Of a DNA stretch of 45,655 bases, positions 39,016 through 45,655 are shown piece by piece. The notes under the pieces were generated by a model. It worked only from the letters and a program-made list of their open reading frames with translations, did not search any database and was not told the DNA's origin. Position 1 is the stretch's first letter. Every line of letters begins with the position of its first letter. The stretch is from positions 1 through 45,655 of the IMG/VR virus record IMGVR_UViG_3300033179_000004; one strand, given 5' to 3'. Source of the stretch: a virus. The position numbers and the translations under genes are program-made.

Positions 39016-39570
39016 ATGATCGACCCGATCCCGTTCGCGCAACAGCAAGCATTCAGTTCGGTTGACTTCACGCCGCTGGCGCAGCTTGCCGCACAACAGG
39101 CGCAACAGCGGCAGGCCAAAACCCTCGCCGATCTGGAAAGCCGCTACGCGCCGACAGTGCCAGGTGCCGCGCCGACAGCCGGTGCCGTACCAACCGGCAC
39201 CGATCCGTATGGCCGTTCGATTGCCAGCATTGAAAGCGGTGGGCGCTACGACAAGCTGGGGCCGGTGACAAAGACCGGTGACCGCGCTTATGGCAAGTAT
39301 CAGGTGATGGGCGCGAACGTCCCTGAATGGTCGCAGGCCGCGCTTGGCCGCAGGCTGACGCCGCAGGAATACCTCGCCGACAAGGATGCACAGGAAGCGG
39401 TGTTCAAGCATCGGTTCGGTTCGTATGTCGATAAATACGGACCCTCGGGAGCGGCGCGGGCGTGGTTCGCGGGCGAGGGCGGCATGAAAAACCCGAACGC
39501 AAGGGATCAACTCGGAACGTCCGTCGCTGAATACGAGCGCCGCTTCAACGCCAATCTAGGGGGCCAATAA
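39016..39570 (+). CDS. Internal virion protein with a lytic transglycosylase (SLT-like) domain
   Basis: SIASIESGGRYDKLGPVTKTGDRAYGKYQVMGANVPEW contains the catalytic-Glu context typical of SLT domains. Confidence 0.65.
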   Translation: MIDPIPFAQQQAFSSVDFTPLAQLAAQQAQQRQAKTLADLESRYAPTVPGAAPTAGAVPTGTDPYGRSIASIESGGRYDKLGPVTKTGDRAYGKYQVMGANVPEWSQAALGRRLTPQEYLADKDAQEAVFKHRFGSYVDKYGPSGAARAWFAGEGGMKNPNARDQLGTSVAEYERRFNANLGGQ

Positions 39571-40859
39571 TGGTCAACCCGATTTCCTACCAGCCGCAGC
39601 AAGCGTTTAGCGGTGGTGCCGATTTCTCGATGCTCGCCAACTTGGGCAACGTCTATCAGAAGGCGCAGGAACAGGCCCGGCAACAGTCGGCGCTTGCCGC
39701 GTTGGGGCAGGGGCAGGACGCCGACGCGCAAACCTTGGTGCGCTCGGGCGTGCTGCCATTGGCGCAACTCGGTCTAGGTATGCAGGATAAAACGATCACC
39801 CGACAGCGCGAAGATCAGCGCAACGTGATCACTGACCGCCGCGCCGACAGCGCCGACACTCGCGCGGGCAGCTACCTGACTATTGCGCAAGAGCAGGCGA
39901 AGCGCGCAGCGGAGAAGGCCGAAGAGGACACACCGGAAGGTCGCGACAAGAAACTGATCGGTCTCGGGTTGGACCCAAAGGACCCCAATTATACCGAGTA
40001 CAGGTTGACCGGCCAGAACCCGCCGAACCTTGTGCAGCAACAGCAAGCCGCGAAGTCGAAGTATGAACTCGCGCAAGCGCAGAAGTACGACACGCGCGAA
40101 AAGCGACTTGCCGCCGCAGAGGCGGGCGGGCTGGACAAGACCAACCCCACCATCATGCAGTGGATTGCGCTTGGCGGTGATCCGCCCGATGTAACAAAGG
40201 GCCGTCTCGGCATCGGTGCCCCGCTGTTCACGCAAAACCTCGCGACCGGCGAGGTGGTGGCGCATCAACTGCGAAACGATCAGCCGTTCGTGACGCCGGA
40301 AGGCCATAGACTGCTTGGCCCCGGCGAGATCGCACAACAGAAAGCCGCAGGCGCGGCTACCGGCAAGGCGACCGGGCTGGCTCAAGTGGCGCTGCCCAAG
40401 GTGGTGGACAACGCGCTGCATCAGACCCAATTGCTGGACGAAATCAGCACGCACCCCGGTCGCATGTGGGCGACGGGCATCATGTCGAAGGCCCCGGATG
40501 CCATGCTCGTTGGAACGGCGGGAGCGGGCTTCCGGGCGCGGTTTGGCCAACTCAACGCGCAGTCGTTCCTAAGCATCTACGATCAGTTGCGCGGCGCGGG
40601 CCAGATCACCAACACCGAAGGCGACAAGGGCACGTCGGCGGTCAACCGCATGAGCGCTGCGACCAACGAAAAGGAATTTGACGACGCGGTCAAAGACCTC
40701 AAGTCGGTGCTGAAGGTCGGCGTTGAACGTGCGCAGCGCGCGGCAAAGGGCGACTTCAACCTGCATCCAAAGGAGTTGCAGGACCTACAGACGCGGCTGG
40801 GTGTCGCTGCGCCCGGTGGCACAGCCGCCGACAAACCTGATCCATTGAATTTGCGCTGA
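39570..40859 (+). CDS. Internal virion/ejection protein candidate (429 aa)
   Basis: Shares an N-terminal ~40-aa motif with the preceding protein. Charged and probably helical. Confidence 0.45.
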   Translation: MVNPISYQPQQAFSGGADFSMLANLGNVYQKAQEQARQQSALAALGQGQDADAQTLVRSGVLPLAQLGLGMQDKTITRQREDQRNVITDRRADSADTRAGSYLTIAQEQAKRAAEKAEEDTPEGRDKKLIGLGLDPKDPNYTEYRLTGQNPPNLVQQQQAAKSKYELAQAQKYDTREKRLAAAEAGGLDKTNPTIMQWIALGGDPPDVTKGRLGIGAPLFTQNLATGEVVAHQLRNDQPFVTPEGHRLLGPGEIAQQKAAGAATGKATGLAQVALPKVVDNALHQTQLLDEISTHPGRMWATGIMSKAPDAMLVGTAGAGFRARFGQLNAQSFLSIYDQLRGAGQITNTEGDKGTSAVNRMSAATNEKEFDDAVKDLKSVLKVGVERAQRAAKGDFNLHPKELQDLQTRLGVAAPGGTAADKPDPLNLR

Positions 40860-43555
40860 TGCCAACCATTGCCGAAATCCGAGAGAAGTATCCGCAATAT
40901 AACGATATGTCGGACACCGACCTCGCTGGCGCGCTGCATAAGAAATTCTATTCGGATATGCCGGTGGAGCAATTCAATCAGAAGATTGGATTGAAACCCG
41001 GAGCGCTGCCGCCCATTGTGGTGACGGAGGGCGGCGACGAGAAGCAACCGCCTCCAACTGCGGACGATCACGGCCTCGCACGACGACAGGCGATGTCGCC
41101 GCTTGAAAAGGCGATCAGCCCGTTTACGGAATGGCCCCGGCATACCCGTGAAATTTCGACTGAGGGCACCCATCAATTGCAGCGGGGCCTTGGTCAACTG
41201 TACTCGGGGGCCTTTGGTCACGGCTTGGCCGGTGACGTGGGTGAATTTGCCGCTGGCGCGGGCAACGTTGGATTTGGCGCGCTAGGCGCAACGTTTGCGC
41301 CGCTCAGTGCGATGTATCGATCTATCATCGGCCAGCCGCTTGAGGATGTCACCGGCATCCCGCGCGAACAAACCGAATTTCTTGCGCAACTCGCCACGCC
41401 CGGCATCGGCTTTCCGAAACTAGCCGCCGCGCCGGGTGTCGCTCCGCGCGCTCCGATGATCCGCCCGCCCGAAGAGGTGCCGCGCCCCAATGCGGCGATC
41501 TCGGCAGAGAACCTGAATGCAATACCCGGCGTCAAAGTCGATCTGCCTCGCGCCATTACTGGCGGGCCTAAAACGCAGGAAGTGGGGCAGTTAGTATCGC
41601 AGACCCCTGGTGTTGGTTCGCGGATTGGCGAGGCCGTTCACACAACGCTGCCCCGGCAACTAGAGGAAGCCAAAAACGCGGTAGCCGCTGAATACGGCGC
41701 GGGCACTTCGACCAACGTTGCGGAGCGCGCGGGTGCCAATCTAACCGACGCGGCGGCGGCAGAAACGAGGGCAGCGACCGAAGCCGCTGCAAAAGCCGAT
41801 GCCGAAGCAAACACCGCTTGGCAGACGGCAAACGCCGCACGGGAGACCTCGATTGCGGAGCGTGAAGCGCAGTCCACACAGACGACGCAACAGGCCATCG
41901 GTCCCGAACTGCATCCGCAAGATATGGGGCAGACGGTCATTGCTCACACCCGCGAAGCGCACAACAGGGCAGAGACGCGCAAGAATGCGCTCTACGCGGA
42001 AGCGGCGGGCTATGATGGTACGCTTTCGGATGCGGCGATTGGTGGGGCCGACCGGCACGTCCGCAGGGATTTATTGACCGAACGCGGGCCGAACGACCGT
42101 CAAGTGACGATCACGCCAAATCTGACGCCAGCCGCCCACGATATGCGTCAATCGATGGAAGCGTTCGCGGAGCGGGCGCGGCAGCGCCGGGCGCAGGCGC
42201 AAGCGGAAGCCATCGATGCTGGCGGCACCGCCGAAGATGCTGCGCAAACCGGCATCAATCTGCGCACCTTGGAAACGCAGCGCCAGGAATTGTTGGACTT
42301 GGAGCGGGGGGCGAAAACTCCGGTGGACCGTCGCGCCGCGCGCCGAACGATGCAGGCGTTCGATGATTGGCATCACCGCGCGATGGAGGACCATTTCGAT
42401 GGCGACCCCGGCGCGCTCGATGCCTACTTGCGGGCGCGTGCCGCCAATCGCGATTTTCGGGAGCGCTTTGGTTACAACAAGCATGACGATGCCGACCGGT
42501 TGCTCAACAAGATTGTGCGCGGCGAGGAAGATCAGCACACCGGGCCGGTGAGCGTGTCCGAAGCCTTGACGGCGCGCAACGACAAATCCGGGCCGTTTTA
42601 TACAGGCGTGATGGAAGCGACCGGCAACCATCCGGACGTGCAACAGGCCATTCGCTCGGGCACATGGAATAAGCTAACGCGCGACGCGAGAGGCGATCCG
42701 CTTCCGCCGAAGGATGTCCAAGAGAACGTCATTGAGTATCTGCACGGCAAGGCCCGTGACGTGGCAGGACGCGCGTTCGAGCCGGAACAGCGCGACTTGA
42801 TGCGCGCTCATGCCGATACGGTGGTGGATGTCGCTGCCCAACGCGCCGCCGCCACCGCAGAGGCGAAAGCCACGACGCCAAAGCCAATCAAGGTTGAAGA
42901 CGGGCCGCTCAAAGAGTTGGCAGATCAGGTCATCGCTGGAAAGCCGCACGGCGAAGCGGTGTTCAACACGCTGCTCAAGTATGCCCAAAAGGGCGGCGAC
43001 GTGGCAACGCTGGCGCGGTTTATGGGCCGCCTGCCGCAAAGCATGAAGGGCGATATCGGGGGCGCGTTCGTTCGCGAACTTGGCATCGCGCCGGGCACCA
43101 AGCAATTCTCGCTCGATTGGTTCGCTCGCCAGTGGGACAGCATCACGCCGCAGGCCAAGGCTGTCCTGCTTGGCAATGCCGGGCCGCATGTCACCGCGCT
43201 TAACGACATCGCGACTATCGCCAAGGAACTAAAGAACGTCAGGGGAAAGTTCGGCAACCCATCTGGTTCTGGCAGGCAGAACGCCTTCACAGCGATGGTT
43301 GGCACCATCGCCGCGCTGTTCACTCACTCGCCAACGGCTGCGCTGTCTGCGGCAGGGGCGGCGGGCGGCAGCTACGGAGTGGCACGCTTCTTGTCCAATC
43401 CGGCAGGCGCTTCGAGCATTCAAAAATACATGCGTGCGGTAGAGCGCGCGGAACGCGATGCGTCTCCCGCGCGCATGGCGGCGGTCAAACTGACCCAACG
43501 CAATATGGCTAACACCGCGCGCACGCTCGGCGCAGTCCATCAATCACAGCATTAA
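40859..43555 (+). CDS. Large internal virion/ejection protein candidate (898 aa)
   Basis: It is the largest CDS in the window. Ala/Arg/Glu-rich and probably helical. Its position is typical of podovirus core proteins. Confidence 0.45.
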   Translation: MPTIAEIREKYPQYNDMSDTDLAGALHKKFYSDMPVEQFNQKIGLKPGALPPIVVTEGGDEKQPPPTADDHGLARRQAMSPLEKAISPFTEWPRHTREISTEGTHQLQRGLGQLYSGAFGHGLAGDVGEFAAGAGNVGFGALGATFAPLSAMYRSIIGQPLEDVTGIPREQTEFLAQLATPGIGFPKLAAAPGVAPRAPMIRPPEEVPRPNAAISAENLNAIPGVKVDLPRAITGGPKTQEVGQLVSQTPGVGSRIGEAVHTTLPRQLEEAKNAVAAEYGAGTSTNVAERAGANLTDAAAAETRAATEAAAKADAEANTAWQTANAARETSIAEREAQSTQTTQQAIGPELHPQDMGQTVIAHTREAHNRAETRKNALYAEAAGYDGTLSDAAIGGADRHVRRDLLTERGPNDRQVTITPNLTPAAHDMRQSMEAFAERARQRRAQAQAEAIDAGGTAEDAAQTGINLRTLETQRQELLDLERGAKTPVDRRAARRTMQAFDDWHHRAMEDHFDGDPGALDAYLRARAANRDFRERFGYNKHDDADRLLNKIVRGEEDQHTGPVSVSEALTARNDKSGPFYTGVMEATGNHPDVQQAIRSGTWNKLTRDARGDPLPPKDVQENVIEYLHGKARDVAGRAFEPEQRDLMRAHADTVVDVAAQRAAATAEAKATTPKPIKVEDGPLKELADQVIAGKPHGEAVFNTLLKYAQKGGDVATLARFMGRLPQSMKGDIGGAFVRELGIAPGTKQFSLDWFARQWDSITPQAKAVLLGNAGPHVTALNDIATIAKELKNVRGKFGNPSGSGRQNAFTAMVGTIAALFTHSPTAALSAAGAAGGSYGVARFLSNPAGASSIQKYMRAVERAERDASPARMAAVKLTQRNMANTARTLGAVHQSQH

Positions 43556-43566
43556 TCGGGGCGATC

Positions 43567-44544
43567 ATGGCAGGCACAATCCCGCTATCGATGACGCAGC
43601 AATTCGACGTTTACGGCAAACCGCTGATTGGTGGGCAACTCTACATCATCCAAGCCGGTACGGTTTCGACGCCGCAGGATGCATTTCAGGACACCGGCCT
43701 CTCGATCAAATTGCCGTATCCGATGACGCTGGATGCGGCAGGCCGGGTGCCGCAATTCTTCGTCGCTGACGGCACGGTGAAGGTCCGGCTTCAAGACAGG
43801 GCGGGCGTGGTGCAACTCGCCGCCGACAGCGTCCTCGTTATCGGGCCGTCCGCTGGCGGCGGCGGCGGATCGACGGTCGATCCAACTCAGTTGATCCAGA
43901 CCGGCAACATGATCTTCCGGCATTCCACCGGAGCGCTTGCGGGCTATGTGCGGCTCAACAATCTGACGATTGGCTCGGCGACCTCGGGTGCGACCGAACG
44001 CGCCAACGCCGACACGCAAGCGCTGTTTCTCTATCTGTGGCCGGATACAACGCTCGCGGTCTCCGGCGGTCGCGGCGCGAACGCGGCGGCGGACTGGACC
44101 GCCAACAAGAACATTGCTGTGCCAGACTGGCGCGGTTACGCCATCGGTGCACTCGATGACATGGGCAATGCGGCGTCAGGCCGTCTCTCGGCGACCTATT
44201 TCGGCACGTCACCGATTGTTTTGGGTGCGGCGGGCGGACAGGAAAGCCGCACGCTGACGGCGGCGCAATGCCAGATTGGCGCGCACGACCATAACGTGTT
44301 TCTGAAAGACCCCGGTCACGTTCATCCCGGCGTCCCAACCTTCCCCGGTGGCAGCACGTTTGCGCTTGGTTCCGGAGTAAGCACTTCAACGACAAGCACC
44401 GGATCGGCCTTTACGGGCATCACCATCGGCTCGGTCAACGGGGTCGCCAACGACAACAAGACCGCATCCTACAGCGGGCCTGCGGCGGCGGCTCATGCCG
44501 CCATCGGACCACGGAAGTTGGTCACCTTCTATATGAAACTTTAG
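43567..44544 (+). CDS. Tail fibre protein with a phage Tail-Collar-like domain
   Basis: ...NADTQALFLYLW...IAVPDWRGYAIGALDDMG...GGQESRTLTAAQCQIGAHDH follows the Collar-domain pattern (PDxRG...H-x-H). Confidence 0.6.
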   Translation: MAGTIPLSMTQQFDVYGKPLIGGQLYIIQAGTVSTPQDAFQDTGLSIKLPYPMTLDAAGRVPQFFVADGTVKVRLQDRAGVVQLAADSVLVIGPSAGGGGGSTVDPTQLIQTGNMIFRHSTGALAGYVRLNNLTIGSATSGATERANADTQALFLYLWPDTTLAVSGGRGANAAADWTANKNIAVPDWRGYAIGALDDMGNAASGRLSATYFGTSPIVLGAAGGQESRTLTAAQCQIGAHDHNVFLKDPGHVHPGVPTFPGGSTFALGSGVSTSTTSTGSAFTGITIGSVNGVANDNKTASYSGPAAAAHAAIGPRKLVTFYMKL

Positions 44545-44548
44545 CGCC

Positions 44549-44893
44549 ATGTATCAGATCACCTTTCCCCCGCAGAGCAATCGCGCTTCGTGGGTGTTCA
44601 TCGGGCTTGTCACCGATCTGGATGACAACCCCATCGATCTGACCGGTTGCGAAATGGTGTTTTCGCTGCGCGACAAGAACGGCAGGAACCTTGATGCGAC
44701 CACCGACAACGGCAAGCTGACCATCGTCGGGCTGGGCACGTTCCGCTGGTTCTTCACCTTGCAGGAAATGCAGTGCTTCTGTCCCGGTCAGTGCGACACC
44801 GGTCTCACGCTCACCAATGACGACGGCACGCAAACAATTCAACTCAGTATCGGCCCGCTCAACATCGTTGACGGTGTGGTGCCTGCCACATGA
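44549..44893 (+). CDS. Hypothetical tail-associated protein (114 aa)
   Basis: Lies within the fibre gene cluster. Confidence 0.45.
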   Translation: MYQITFPPQSNRASWVFIGLVTDLDDNPIDLTGCEMVFSLRDKNGRNLDATTDNGKLTIVGLGTFRWFFTLQEMQCFCPGQCDTGLTLTNDDGTQTIQLSIGPLNIVDGVVPAT

Positions 44894-45147
44894 CCGATTT
44901 TCCCGATATCAAAGTCAAAGCACTGGTGTCGTTTCCGGCAGCGGTTAACGGCGGCACCGGGCTTGCCGTCACGCAGAGCGGCGGCGTGTTCACGTTCGAC
45001 CTTGCTTTCAGCGAACTGGCGCAGACTGCTACGATCCCAACCGCAGCCGCAGGGACGACGTTCCTTGTGCTTTGGGAAAGCACGCAGAACACCTATCGGC
45101 GGATCAGCATCACTGATTTCAAAGCGGCGCTGGCGGGGCTTCCCTAA
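44890..45147 (+). CDS. Small paralogue of the tail-fibre N-terminal domain (85 aa)
   Basis: IKVKALVSFPAAVNGGTGLAV...FTFDL aligns with VKIKTVVSFPAAVFGGTGIAV...FYFDL of the next CDS. Confidence 0.55.
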   Translation: MTDFPDIKVKALVSFPAAVNGGTGLAVTQSGGVFTFDLAFSELAQTATIPTAAAGTTFLVLWESTQNTYRRISITDFKAALAGLP

Positions 45148-45655
45148 TGGCATTGCTCCCCAAGGTCAAAATCAAAACCGTCGTCAGCTTTCCCGCCGCT
45201 GTGTTCGGCGGAACCGGCATTGCCGTGCGCAAGGTGAACGGCAATTTTTACTTCGATCTGGATTATTCCGACTTTGCGGTGGTGTCCTCGATCCCGGCAG
45301 GCGATCTGCCAAACACCAATGTCCTAACCTACAACGTCGTCAATCAGGCCTATTTGCTCGCGCCCTATAGTAGCGGTGGCGGCGGCGGTGGTGGCGGCAT
45401 TTCCGAAGCCCCGGTCGATAGCACGCTTTACGGACGTATCAACTCGGGCTGGCAGCGAGTGCCTATCGGGGCTGACGCGCCCAACGATGGCGCGACCTAC
45501 GGACGCAAGAACTTAGGGTGGGTTTCTATAGCGACGACCGGCATGCTGTTGTCGGCCAACAACCTTTCAGACGTTGCCAATGCTGGCACGTCGATGCGCA
45601 ACCTGGGCGGCCTCGACCTCTCCAATCCGGTTTCGCTCACGGGTACGGCTACGCT
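45147..45655 (+). CDS. Tail fibre protein, N-terminal part (continues through the junction to position 815)
   Basis: ATG at 45147 (TAATG). I translated by hand and found no stop to the window end. A poly-Gly linker (GGGGGGGG) is present. Confidence 0.7.
   Translation, partial: MALLPKVKIKTVVSFPAAVFGGTGIAVRKVNGNFYFDLDYSDFAVVSSIPAGDLPNTNVLTYNVVNQAYLLAPYSSGGGGGGGGISEAPVDSTLYGRINSGWQRVPIGADAPNDGATYGRKNLGWVSIATTGMLLSANNLSDVANAGTSMRNLGGLDLSNPVSLTGTAT
45529..45655. repeat. Terminal overlap, copy 2 (identical to 1-127)
   Basis: Same 127 nt as the window start. Most simply an assembler k-mer overlap of a circular or circularly permuted molecule. Confidence 0.95.

Larger units (their letters stand above)
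1..45655. mobile_element. Complete circular temperate phage genome (unique length 45,528 bp), podovirus-like structural module plus lysogeny module
   Basis: Terminal 127-bp identity closes the circle. Integrase, CI/Cro-like switch, terminase, portal, capsid, tail fibres and endolysin are all present. Confidence 0.85.

Overview
This window is a complete, circularly closed genome of a temperate, podovirus-like dsDNA phage or excised prophage. It is GC-rich by eye, and an alphaproteobacterial host is only a guess. Bases 1-127 are identical to 45529-45655, so the unique length is 45,528 bp, and one tail-fibre CDS (45147 -> 815) runs across the junction.

Modules in order:
- Tail-fibre end, an SGNH esterase and a lysis cassette (1-3161).
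- A minus-strand accessory/regulatory operon (3250-6516).
- A wHTH gene and a PD-(D/E)XK nuclease, a full tRNA-Thr(GGT), candidate attP arm repeats, a tyrosine integrase and an Xis-like HTH (6893-9722).
- A CI-like/Cro-like switch (10121-11018).
- A recombination/replication operon with a Gp157-like protein, a Rad52-like SSAP, a DnaA_C-like HTH and DUF1376 (11000-15529).
- A serine recombinase operon (15663-16561).
- A minus-strand early accessory island with ArdA, an opposed C5-MTase-like gene and five unknown genes (16659-20680).
- A terS-like gene (20959).
- An unusual 7.9 kb insert between terS and terL. It holds a G-run/C-run non-coding region, a SLOG/DUF2493 gene, a 5-gene block ending in a LamG plus 18x ~21-aa repeat protein, and an antisense 3-gene operon.
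- terL, portal, scaffold, capsid, internal virion proteins and tail fibres (29310-45655).

Most interesting observations:
1. A four-copy intercistronic element in the ArdA-side early operon folds into a two-tier GNRA-tetraloop hairpin with compensatory changes. One copy carries an exact CGCTCTTA boxA-like octamer.
2. A 13-bp palindrome, CGTAAT-N-ATTACG, recurs in at least five separate promoter regions.
3. terS and terL are split by a block of unknown genes that includes the repeat protein.
4. Several mini-ORFs encoding single-TM peptides are translationally coupled to their neighbours.

All family assignments come from motif recognition by eye. No searches were run.
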